From a virus (taxonomy: Duplodnaviria > Caudoviricetes): a DNA stretch of 46,406 nt. The position numbers were made by a program, and so were the translations under genes. The notes under the pieces were generated by a model. It was not told the origin of the DNA. It ran no database searches and was given only the letters and a program-made list of their open reading frames with translations. The stretch covers positions 1 through 46,406 of IMG/VR virus record IMGVR_UViG_3300037424_000116; one strand, 5' to 3'. The first letter of the stretch is position 1, and every line of letters begins with the position of its first letter. Below, piece after piece: positions 1-9,020 of this stretch.

Positions 1-130
1 CATACTGACCCCCAGGTGTTCCTAGATATCCAGTAGCCAAGTCTAATGGCATGATACCAGTATCGGTAGGTTCAATAGGTAGATGCCAAGAATCAGGCTT
101 AATACGGCTACCCAATACTAGAAACTGTTG
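1..130. repeat. Terminal overlap, copy 1 (circular assembly join)
   Basis: 1-130 matches 46277-46406 except G127 vs A46403; a reading frame runs through the join. Confidence 0.97.
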
Positions 131-3100
131 GAATCCCGCACCAGGGTCTAGTCTAGTATCTCCAATTTTAATCTTTCCAAAATCAGGATTATTAGGGTCG
201 GTGCTTACTTCAGCTCCTGCCATTTTAGCCAGTTGAGCCATACCCCACCAAGCAGCAACAGTCCTAAGCATCGCGTGGACATACTGTTTTCTAACTGCCG
301 GATTAGCCATTACATAGGTAGATAGATTTAGCATTCTAATTCTAGAAGCCATCAATCTAGGACTAAAGAACACATCAGCCAGTTTCTGTGCGTGCATTTC
401 CAGACTATACTGGTGACTACCAATACCTGTCTTTAGAGTTGCTGCACCTGTAGTATCATTTAGGAATTGTGCATATTCCTTAGCCAATGGAATGTTCAAG
501 GTCAAGTCTAGCTTAGGGTCATTATGAACCTTAGCAAGAATCTTACTATCCTTAACAAAGGCTTCAAGTTGGCTAAATCTCAAGTCATTTAGGAACGCAG
601 AGAATGCCCTATTACTAGCAGCAACATATCTACCTACACCTGGTAGTCTCTCAGCTAGTTGCGATTTAATACCTTCCATTCTAGTGCTTCTGGTATCCTT
701 CAAATCAGTCATTCGGATACCAATTTCCTCTGCAAATGACTTAGCAATTTTACCATCTGGCAGTTTTCTTTCTTTAAATAGAGGACTTTCCTGAATCTGC
801 TTCATCCTCGCATCATACCATGCTTTTTCACCAAATGCTTGAGCAGCAGATTTCCAGGACTTAAACCAGTTCTTTGTGCCTACCCAGGGCATAGCCTGTC
901 TAAATGCAGCAGACGTAACAAAAGGAGGGTCTACTGACATTAAACCACGCGAAAGGTCATAAATCTGTCTGGGCATTCCTATTTCTGTATCTGGTTTTCC
1001 CTTTTCTTTCTTTGTGGGTAGGACATCTTCTTCAAGAAGGGGAGTTTCAGCCCTTTCTTTAGTCTTTCGAAATCTCAACTGTCCCCTATCATTCTCTCCA
1101 ATAAACTCGAATCCTTCATTCATTAGATTCTTGAGATAACTAGGAGTAGCCTTCTTAGTAGCTACAATTACAACTCTACCAATGGGAACATCCCCAGGTT
1201 TTCCCATTTCTCGATGAACGACTAGTTCGCCCTTTTCACTTTTGAGTCGAGTAATAAAATCAGGAGGAACTAGATTTTTATCGGTAATCTTAGCTGCTAA
1301 TTCATTTCCTCTAACTTGTTTTGCTTTTCCACCTAAGAAGTTTCCTGTAGCTTGAGACTGAATAATTCTAGAAAATTCATCCGCTTCAAGATTAGTAAGA
1401 CCTGGAAATAATGGCGAGGGGTCTTTAGGTTCCCATGATACGTTTTCTTTCTCCTGACGAATAACTAATTCACCCTTCTCATTCTTAATAAGTCTGTGTA
1501 TCATTCCTTCTTTAGCAGAGGGAACAATCTTATCCCATTTAGCCTTCAATTCTGGGGGTAGAGCAGGATGATTCTGAATCTGGGTCATTAAACCATTATA
1601 GGCATTAGTTTCGCGTGGATTAAATGGCTCTATTCCCTTTCTTCTCCTCATAGCCCGTAGACTAGCGACCATAGAATTTAATACTTCATCCCCAGTATCG
1701 CGTGGAATAGCCTTAATTACATCTCCTAGTCCCTTAGGAGTAGGTAGTTGATTAAGTGGTCCAGTGGGAGGAATATCAGGAATGTTAGGGTCAGTTTTCT
1801 TGAATTTGAAATCTCCCCTATCATTCAATCCTACAAACTTATAGCCCTGGTCACGAGCCTTCTTAACAAGTTCAGCACTAGCATCACCCTGCTTAATAAG
1901 ATAAGTCAATCCTTCTGTTTGGACAGGGATGGGTTCTACTGGAGGAGGAGCTTCACCAGGAATTTGTTGACGCTTAAAGAATTTATTATGAAATTCTGAT
2001 TTTTGGGCATCTGTCAATTCCATGCTACCCTCAAGAGGCGGTTTACCTTCTTGAGCGCGCTTTATATTAGTTAAATACTCATATTCTGCTTTAGTCCCCG
2101 GACTAATCCAAGTTCCCCTATCTCCCATACTAACCGCAACGGTCTTTTCAGAAAGAGGTTTAACAGTTTCCTGAACTGTAGAAACAGCCGCCTCTTTAGC
2201 AGCCCTAATCCGTTCTTTGGCTTCATACCATAGAACTTTAGTTTCATTAAAGGATATACCAAGTTTACCCTGAAGTTCTGCTACATTCTTAACTTCACCA
2301 GATTCTATTGAATCAACAATTTCCTGCACTTTTGTAGCAGGTTTTGGAGCAGCCGGATTTTCAGGATATACCTCAGTAACTTCACCCGTTTCTGGGTCTA
2401 CTCTCTCAATAGGTTTAGCAGCCTGAGCAGCTTTTAATTCTTCTCTATGAATTTTCTGCATCAGTTTAAGGGCATTATCTCGACTAATTTTACCGGCTTT
2501 GAATGCCTGTTGAATACCCTCTACTGTAGTTAGATTAGCTTGTAATCCAGTAGGACCAGATACATCTTCAAAACCCTTAATATTAGGAGCCGGCCTTCCC
2601 GCTACAGGCTCCGCAACTTGGGGGGCCACTGGAGGTCTAAGGGGCATTTCGGGTTCAATGGCGGGCATTTGTGGAGGCGCTGGACCCCTTCTAGGCCCAA
2701 CTCCCGGATGAAGCATTCCGGCCATGCCTCCAGCCAGTTCTGCTAAACCCATACCCCTTTCAGATAAGCTACTTTCAGGGTCTATGACTTTAGAACCACC
2801 TTGATAAGCAAATGGGGCTGATAAACCTTTACCTGTCCATTTGAGAGCCTTACCTACTTCCGGAAGTCCTCTCCTAATAGCAGCAGATTCTCCCCCAAAT
2901 GCTCCCATTGTAGCAAGATTCAAAGGTGAAGTCATTTCAGATGCTAGATTACCTACACCTTCGACTGCACCCCCCAAAAATCCTCGCGCCTGTGCGGATA
3001 AAATAGCTAATCTATCATAGAGTCCACCTTCACCTGTAGGTGAATTAGCTAATGTAGGTTCTGTATACCAATCTGCTATTGATTTACCAATATCAGAAGG

Positions 3101-3238
3101 AATTGTCGTAATAGGTGTAGTGGCAAAATCCCATACACGTTTCCCTAAAGATGGTTCTGGTTCATCAGGTATGAATCTTTCATCTTCCTGTATATCAGGA
3201 GTAAAACGAGGGTCTTCTTGAACAGACTGTTGAGGCAT
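1..3238 (-). CDS. Large putative internal virion/ejection protein, N-terminal part; continues across the join to 45909 (1201 aa total)
   Basis: ATG at 3238 (MPQQSVQEDPRF...); read by eye as open down to base 1, continuing in frame into ...GGQYASSISNES...GGKK of the 45909 ORF; last gene of the structural operon, as for P22 gp16/T7 gp16-type proteins. Confidence 0.8.
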   Translation of the reverse strand, partial: MPQQSVQEDPRFTPDIQEDERFIPDEPEPSLGKRVWDFATTPITTIPSDIGKSIADWYTEPTLANSPTGEGGLYDRLAILSAQARGFLGGAVEGVGNLASEMTSPLNLATMGAFGGESAAIRRGLPEVGKALKWTGKGLSAPFAYQGGSKVIDPESSLSERGMGLAELAGGMAGMLHPGVGPRRGPAPPQMPAIEPEMPLRPPVAPQVAEPVAGRPAPNIKGFEDVSGPTGLQANLTTVEGIQQAFKAGKISRDNALKLMQKIHREELKAAQAAKPIERVDPETGEVTEVYPENPAAPKPATKVQEIVDSIESGEVKNVAELQGKLGISFNETKVLWYEAKERIRAAKEAAVSTVQETVKPLSEKTVAVSMGDRGTWISPGTKAEYEYLTNIKRAQEGKPPLEGSMELTDAQKSEFHNKFFKRQQIPGEAPPPVEPIPVQTEGLTYLIKQGDASAELVKKARDQGYKFVGLNDRGDFKFKKTDPNIPDIPPTGPLNQLPTPKGLGDVIKAIPRDTGDEVLNSMVASLRAMRRRKGIEPFNPRETNAYNGLMTQIQNHPALPPELKAKWDKIVPSAKEGMIHRLIKNEKGELVIRQEKENVSWEPKDPSPLFPGLTNLEADEFSRIIQSQATGNFLGGKAKQVRGNELAAKITDKNLVPPDFITRLKSEKGELVVHREMGKPGDVPIGRVVIVATKKATPSYLKNLMNEGFEFIGENDRGQLRFRKTKERAETPLLEEDVLPTKKEKGKPDTEIGMPRQIYDLSRGLMSVDPPFVTSAAFRQAMPWVGTKNWFKSWKSAAQAFGEKAWYDARMKQIQESPLFKERKLPDGKIAKSFAEEIGIRMTDLKDTRSTRMEGIKSQLAERLPGVGRYVAASNRAFSAFLNDLRFSQLEAFVKDSKILAKVHNDPKLDLTLNIPLAKEYAQFLNDTTGAATLKTGIGSHQYSLEMHAQKLADVFFSPRLMASRIRMLNLSTYVMANPAVRKQYVHAMLRTVAAWWGMAQLAKMAGAEVSTDPNNPDFGKIKIGDTRLDPGAGFQQFLVLGSRIKPDSWHLPIEPTDTGIMPLDLATGYLGTPGGQY

Positions 3239-3239
3239 T

Positions 3240-4604
3240 TTACTTCACCACTTGGTATCCCGCTGCAATAGCTTCTGCCTCTGTTCCCTGGAATGTGCCA
3301 GTTTTAGTAGAATCAGTTTTACTTCTAACTTTTACTGTCCCTTTATAACTAGTGATAGCTTTAGGTCCAGGTCCAGCACCAGCATTTCTACCACCTACTG
3401 CTGAACCATAGACAGCATTAACCATATCAGAATACTGTTGTGGAGTTGGTCCTTTACCATGTTGGGTCCACGCGCCAGGATTAGGTTTTACAAGGTCATA
3501 CTCATTAGCAGACCCAAGCTTAATGAAAGGTGCGAGGTCTGGTCTAGTATTTGCTAATTCTCTTGCTCTCCTAAATTCCTCAACTTTCTTCTGTGTAGGA
3601 AGCAAATCCTTACCAGTAGCACTACCTGAAGGAGTAGCTTTAGTATCCCTAGCCTGTTTACCCCGTTCTGTAACAACTTCCATCCTACCAGTCTGTCTAA
3701 CACCTTCAGTCTCTCTAGCTTCTTCACCAGTAGCACTGATTCTCTCTAATGCCTGTTCTTGTGTCAACCACATCTGGTCTAGCTGAGTCATACTACCAGT
3801 AGGAATACCAGTATCATGAGCCTGACCAGTAGCAGGGTCCATAGCCTGAACATTTCCACCTTTAGGCATTAAGAACTTAAAGTTAGGGTGCATAGCCTTA
3901 AATGCGTATATATCAGCACGTTGCTGTTGAATAGCAGCTTTACGTTCATCATTTCTTTCTTTAGCTAATTGTGCCTGTTCACGTAGTTCAATAGACATCT
4001 GATTGTAAGCCATTGTCCGGTCATTTACATTCTGATATCTTTCGTTAGTTGCAGCCTGCTGCATAGGTCCAATCTTATTCTTCCAGTCCTCAATAGGTTC
4101 TTCTCTCCATTTCTGACGAGTCCTATCAGCAACATTAGGACCATACGCGAATTCCTGCAATAGTGAACCAATGCCCTGTAACCAACCTGGACGCTTCTGT
4201 TGTGGATACTGACCAATAGCTTCTTCAAATCTACGACTTGCATCATCTGAAGGATTGTATAGTTCCCTCATTCTCTGACCAGCATCTACACTAGGAATAC
4301 CCTGACCTGGAGTGGGCATATCCACTTCTGAACTACGCAAATCAAATTGTTGAGGCTCATAAGGACCAACACTAAACATTGGTTGTATACGTGGGTCAGG
4401 TTCCTGTCCTACACCTAGAGTTCCTGGAATATTCATAGGAGGAGGAGTAGCCTCGATACCTGGAAATTGCATACCCATAGCAGAAACATTAGGGTCATAA
4501 GGCATACGTCCAGTAATTCCACCCTGTTGTGGTAGGTCATTCCCAATCATAGGGGGACGACCGAAAATGTTCTGCTGTCTCAAATACTCAAGAAAGTTAG
4601 GCAT
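3240..4604 (-). CDS. Putative ejection (DNA transfer) protein, 454 aa
   Basis: Long ORF with Pro/Gln/Gly-rich N-terminus and coiled-coil centre; position between the other two ejection candidates. Confidence 0.6.
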   Translation of the reverse strand: MPNFLEYLRQQNIFGRPPMIGNDLPQQGGITGRMPYDPNVSAMGMQFPGIEATPPPMNIPGTLGVGQEPDPRIQPMFSVGPYEPQQFDLRSSEVDMPTPGQGIPSVDAGQRMRELYNPSDDASRRFEEAIGQYPQQKRPGWLQGIGSLLQEFAYGPNVADRTRQKWREEPIEDWKNKIGPMQQAATNERYQNVNDRTMAYNQMSIELREQAQLAKERNDERKAAIQQQRADIYAFKAMHPNFKFLMPKGGNVQAMDPATGQAHDTGIPTGSMTQLDQMWLTQEQALERISATGEEARETEGVRQTGRMEVVTERGKQARDTKATPSGSATGKDLLPTQKKVEEFRRARELANTRPDLAPFIKLGSANEYDLVKPNPGAWTQHGKGPTPQQYSDMVNAVYGSAVGGRNAGAGPGPKAITSYKGTVKVRSKTDSTKTGTFQGTEAEAIAAGYQVVK

Positions 4605-4614
4605 TTTCGTGTCC

Positions 4615-6042
4615 TTACCAAGAACCTACATTACTACCCCATTCCCAGGGATTACCATAATTGTTACCACCAGAATATTCAGGTCCAAAGTTATATCCAT
4701 ACCAAGGGTCATCTGCCCATCCACCAAAAGAACCTGGACTCGATGGTTCATAGTAACCACCTTGGTCATAACCACCACCAAAATAGTTTCCAAGATTAGG
4801 ATTCAAGTAGGGGTCATTCCAAGTATCATATGGATTACTATAAGGATTACCATAACTTCCAGAATCAGGTGGATAATACATTCCCGTTTCAGGGTCAGTA
4901 TATCCCACAACTCTACCAGAAGTCTGAGGATTATAGTTCCCAGAGGGTGCAGAGGGCATTGTAGGCTGATAGCCCTGGAATGATTGTCCTCCCAAATTAT
5001 TAGGAGTATTATATCCCATTGGTGTAGAACCTGACGGACCCATAGTAGTAGGAGTCTTAGGTTGACCTAACATATTCATAGCAGAACCAGCCATACCTAG
5101 AGCCTGTTTCCACCATGGTTCACTAGGTTCTTGTCCACCATATGCACTAATCTGCTTACCAAGCAAATCCAGACCAGTTTGATTACGCAACTGTTCAAGA
5201 GAAATTCTATTACGATATGCGTCTAGTGCCTGATTACCAAATGTAGATGCAAGACCTGGAGTAGTTCCATATAGACTAGTTTGACCTCTAAGTGCATCCA
5301 ACTGTAGACCACGCAAAGCCTGCAAAGACTGTTCAGAAAGCTGTTGTGCTTGCAAATCAGCGTTCTGGTTAGCCATTCCAGCTTGCAACATTCTACCAGC
5401 ATCTTGACTAGCTAGGCCACCCATTGTGCTGCCAATACCAGTTAATCCTGATAGTCCAGCAAGTCTACCTTGTCTAATATCCTGTGCAAGTTGAGCATTT
5501 ACGCCAGTCATAGCATCAGCCATTTGACCTGGCATTTCTCTCTGAGCTTTACTAGCAGCAGCGATATAATTAGGAGCGCCACCACTTCCACCTAATACGC
5601 GTGCTCTATTCAATTCCATCATGGTGTTTCCATACGCAGAGCGTATCGGAGATACACCACGCGCTCGGAGTTCTTGAATGTCAGTAGGTGAATATCCACC
5701 AGTTCGGGCAAATTCACTATATCCTGGTGCAGCTTCACGCATATACCCATATGCTTCTTGCTGTTCCTTAGGATTATTAGCAGTAACTCTCTCAAATCCA
5801 AACTTAGTTGGACCCTGCTGAGAAATCTGGTTGCCAAAGTTCTGATATCCGCCCATTATATTGCTATAATCGGCAAGATTCATACCCTTGCCAGTCTGAT
5901 AAGTATTCCACATATCTTGACTTTGTGGAATATACTCCTTTTCAAGAGGAGTCTGGTCACTCATCAGGCTGTTATACCAATTCCCCGCAGTATTACCAAC
6001 TCCAACAAGTTGGCTATTGCGTTCCTTGTTCTTATCACCCAT
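4615..6042 (-). CDS. Putative ejection/pilot protein, 475 aa, with Tyr/Gly/Asn/Pro-rich tail
   Basis: Gly/Ala/Gln-rich helical composition typical of podoviral DNA-transfer proteins; follows the GNAT-like gene. Confidence 0.6.
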   Translation of the reverse strand: MGDKNKERNSQLVGVGNTAGNWYNSLMSDQTPLEKEYIPQSQDMWNTYQTGKGMNLADYSNIMGGYQNFGNQISQQGPTKFGFERVTANNPKEQQEAYGYMREAAPGYSEFARTGGYSPTDIQELRARGVSPIRSAYGNTMMELNRARVLGGSGGAPNYIAAASKAQREMPGQMADAMTGVNAQLAQDIRQGRLAGLSGLTGIGSTMGGLASQDAGRMLQAGMANQNADLQAQQLSEQSLQALRGLQLDALRGQTSLYGTTPGLASTFGNQALDAYRNRISLEQLRNQTGLDLLGKQISAYGGQEPSEPWWKQALGMAGSAMNMLGQPKTPTTMGPSGSTPMGYNTPNNLGGQSFQGYQPTMPSAPSGNYNPQTSGRVVGYTDPETGMYYPPDSGSYGNPYSNPYDTWNDPYLNPNLGNYFGGGYDQGGYYEPSSPGSFGGWADDPWYGYNFGPEYSGGNNYGNPWEWGSNVGSW

Positions 6043-6427
6043 GTGGCACCTTTATTGAGAAGGCTGAGCTGCGAGGATAGAATCCATGTTTAATTAAGCC
6101 CTTAGCGAAGGTATCGTCTCCTTCGACATATGCTACTAGTTCATTTAGTCCAAATCTCTTTCCAACATACAGAGAAGCGTTCTTTGCTTCAAGTAACGCC
6201 TGAACAATCGTAATTGGACTCCTACCCTTATCAGCGAATAATAGTATTTCAGCAGTTGGTCGAAGCCCTGCTACCAATACTATTTTATTTTCATCATCTT
6301 CTACTACAAATGCACAATAATGGTCATGCGCGAAGTCAGGCAGAGGATAATCAGGGTAGAATTTCTGCTGAAATTCTTTGATTTTCTCTAAATCTTCAGG
6401 TTTAAGTGCCCTAGCCTTATTTATCAA
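6035..6427 (-). CDS. GNAT-fold protein
   Basis: N-terminal RALKPEDLEKI, central AFVVED..IV.VAGL, C-terminal LIKHGF pattern; typical location before ejection genes. Confidence 0.55.
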   Translation of the reverse strand: MINKARALKPEDLEKIKEFQQKFYPDYPLPDFAHDHYCAFVVEDDENKIVLVAGLRPTAEILLFADKGRSPITIVQALLEAKNASLYVGKRFGLNELVAYVEGDDTFAKGLIKHGFYPRSSAFSIKVPHG

Positions 6428-6428
6428 C

Positions 6429-6761
6429 TTATCGTCCCCTATGGGTATCCCATTCTACATGAACATGGTCTGATTCTATTACAATTTCATAGGGTAGGGG
6501 CAGCCTCACCTTTAGAAAACCACCTAATAGTTGAAAATCCATAAGTTGATGACCTTCAATGCCTAAATCCCATGCAAGAGAGAGTCCATGAAGGGTATTT
6601 GGGCCATGTGTGCCATTGTCTATAGCATTAATAATAACATTCTTTTTGCTGATAAGGCTCCATTTATCCAACAACTCAAAGAGTTGAATCGTTGGAGAAT
6701 TGAAAAGCATTATCTTAACATAAGGGTCAGTAGTTCCAGGTAAACCCTTGAAAATAAGCAT
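6429..6761 (-). CDS. Peptidase M15-like (Hedgehog/DD-peptidase fold), candidate endolysin
   Basis: GTHGPNTLHGLSLAWD (H-x6-D) and IVIESDHVHVEWD (HxH) Zn motifs; ATG 6761 preceded by GAGG. Confidence 0.7.
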   Translation of the reverse strand: MLIFKGLPGTTDPYVKIMLFNSPTIQLFELLDKWSLISKKNVIINAIDNGTHGPNTLHGLSLAWDLGIEGHQLMDFQLLGGFLKVRLPLPYEIVIESDHVHVEWDTHRGR

Positions 6762-6765
6762 ATCC

Positions 6766-7092
6766 TCACCCAAGGACGATTTCGTCCCCATCAATAGTAA
6801 GAGTCATCACGTTGTTAGTCCCCGCGAGTGCTTGGATAATCTCTGCTGCCTCAAGAACATAGTAACAGAAATGGTCAAGCACAGCACCCGCAGCAATAAT
6901 GTAGGCATCAAATAGTCTAGTGCCAGCAGCATCAGCACCAATAGACATGGTGAATGTAACCGCTGCACCAGTAGGATTCTCAACGTGAACATGACGAACA
7001 ATAGTCTTAGTAACTGCTGGAACAGTATACTTCGTTGCAGCAGCGTTACTAATTAGAGCTGGTCCTGCAAGTCTCTTAGCGATTCTAGCCAT
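6766..7092 (-). CDS. Small beta-rich virion/tail protein
   Basis: YTVPA..KTIV.H.HV.N pattern common in phage tail regions; GGAG RBS. Confidence 0.55.
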   Translation of the reverse strand: MARIAKRLAGPALISNAAATKYTVPAVTKTIVRHVHVENPTGAAVTFTMSIGADAAGTRLFDAYIIAAGAVLDHFCYYVLEAAEIIQALAGTNNVMTLTIDGDEIVLG

Positions 7093-7101
7093 TGTTATCT
7101 C

Positions 7102-8727
7102 CTAAGCTAATTTCTTAAGCCTAAAATATGAACCTGCATAAGTAGTGACAATACGACCCACAGCAGCAGCATTTAGAGCAAACTGATAAGCTAGATTACC
7201 ATCTCCAGCCCATGCAGCAGGAGTTTGAATAACAAAATAGCCAGTATGAAGTATTTTACTATCAGCAGCATCAGTTCCTAATCCCACAGAGGGCGTAGGA
7301 CATACAGCATTAACACCAGCATTTGCACTAACAAATGCCGATGCAGTAGCTCCTAAAGCCAGAGCAGAATATAATACATACAACTTAAATTGTGCAGTAA
7401 TTGTAACGTTTCCGCCCATTCTAAATGTAAACTGATAATCGCCTGTAGCATTATTACCACTATAGATAATAGCCCATTCACCATAATAACTAGAATTAAG
7501 TGCTAATGCAGTTATAAGTTCACTATCATCCACCAATACTACGCTATTATTAACAGTATCATTACCCACCTTTACTTTAACAATATCCCAATCAGAACTT
7601 CCACTACTACCAGCCGGACCCATAGGACCAGGAATAATAAATGGATGTTCTGGTTCTTCTGGCTCAAATGCTGGAATTGCTAATCCAGGTGGTCCCATTG
7701 GTCCTATTGGTCCTTCTGGTCCAACAGTTCCACCTGCTACTGTGGAGCCTAAATAAGAAGGTTGAACAGTCCCCTCAAAGTAAGTAGTTACATTAATATT
7801 AGCCGGTCCGGCAACTCTAGCAATATATAGCTTAAATACAAGTCGCTGAGTTATTCCAATTAAAGTTGGAACAGATGAATATAAGTCCCAATTTATTTCT
7901 TCTATTACACCACCTGCGGCAAATGTAGGAGAATAAGATGAGCCAACAAGAGTTTCACCCGTTCCATCTGAATTACAATAATATAGTTCTACTAAGTATC
8001 TTGCAAACCCACCTACTGTAGTAACTTCACCATGAATATGTCTAAATGCTCCTCCTGCCGGAATTGAATGAACACCTGGAATTCCAGGTTCAGTAACAAA
8101 TGAAGCTATTAAATTATCTGTTGTTAAAGCACATACCTGAACATTTGTAGCTTCTGCATTAGGAGAAGGTGCAATTAGTGCCTTTTTATAGCCTGCAATA
8201 TCAGAAGCATCAGTAATATCTAACCAGAATACTCTACCTGAATTACCCCCAACTGGTCCCTGTGAACCCATTGGACCAGGTATTCCCCATTCTCCTATTT
8301 CACCCTCAAACCCATCCATTCCTTGAGAACCAGGAATACCATCTACACCAGTAGCACCATCAATACCTATTCTTCCCGGTGGTCCTGGTGGCCCTTCTTC
8401 TCCATCTCCACCACTATCAGGTAGATAAGGAAAAGCAGTAGAGATAATCCGCCTGCCATTAGCATCATTGAACTGTATTCCTTCACCTGGTAGAGTCTGC
8501 AAAGAATTAGGGAGCAAAATTTCCTTATTTTTAGTAAGATAAGTAGCTCCTAATAGTCCGACTCCCCCTCCACCACCACCGCCTCCACTTATTGCACCTT
8601 GCGTAGCAGTCATTTCGCCACGCAAAAAATCAATTAACTGATTAATTACCTGAAATAGAGCGATATTTTCCTGTTGTAGCCCCGAAGTTAATAGCTGAGA
8701 TTTCAGCCTATCAAGAGTTATAGCCAT
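7102..8727 (-). CDS. Collagen-repeat tail fiber protein
   Basis: Two G-X-Y tracts (GEEGPPGPPGRIGIDGATGVDGIPG...; GPEGPIGPMGPPG) separating globular domains; helical N-terminus. Confidence 0.75.
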   Translation of the reverse strand: MAITLDRLKSQLLTSGLQQENIALFQVINQLIDFLRGEMTATQGAISGGGGGGGGVGLLGATYLTKNKEILLPNSLQTLPGEGIQFNDANGRRIISTAFPYLPDSGGDGEEGPPGPPGRIGIDGATGVDGIPGSQGMDGFEGEIGEWGIPGPMGSQGPVGGNSGRVFWLDITDASDIAGYKKALIAPSPNAEATNVQVCALTTDNLIASFVTEPGIPGVHSIPAGGAFRHIHGEVTTVGGFARYLVELYYCNSDGTGETLVGSSYSPTFAAGGVIEEINWDLYSSVPTLIGITQRLVFKLYIARVAGPANINVTTYFEGTVQPSYLGSTVAGGTVGPEGPIGPMGPPGLAIPAFEPEEPEHPFIIPGPMGPAGSSGSSDWDIVKVKVGNDTVNNSVVLVDDSELITALALNSSYYGEWAIIYSGNNATGDYQFTFRMGGNVTITAQFKLYVLYSALALGATASAFVSANAGVNAVCPTPSVGLGTDAADSKILHTGYFVIQTPAAWAGDGNLAYQFALNAAAVGRIVTTYAGSYFRLKKLA

Positions 8728-9020
8728 TATGCTGGATATTCCTGAGCAACGGGCTTAGCATATATCAGAATTCGCTGAATTTGGAACCATTCATTGATTT
8801 CAGTGACTTGTCCAACAAGTCTAATACGCTGTGACTGCAAATTGGACAATCTAAATGGCTCAATTCGTGTCGTCGCAGCCATAACGATTGGAACGAGAGT
8901 TTGAACCTGAATATCGTCTAAATCCGCAAGTGCGAGGTCCATATTTCCAGACCCTACAACACGCATACGGACTCCTACAACATGATGTTCAAATTCTCCG
9001 CCCTGATTCTTCTTAGCCAC
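8727..9020 (-). CDS. Small tail protein, possibly detached C-terminal domain of the nozzle protein
   Basis: 97-aa beta-rich ORF with GTG start overlapping the upstream stop. Confidence 0.5.
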   Translation of the reverse strand: MAKKNQGGEFEHHVVGVRMRVVGSGNMDLALADLDDIQVQTLVPIVMAATTRIEPFRLSNLQSQRIRLVGQVTEINEWFQIQRILIYAKPVAQEYPA

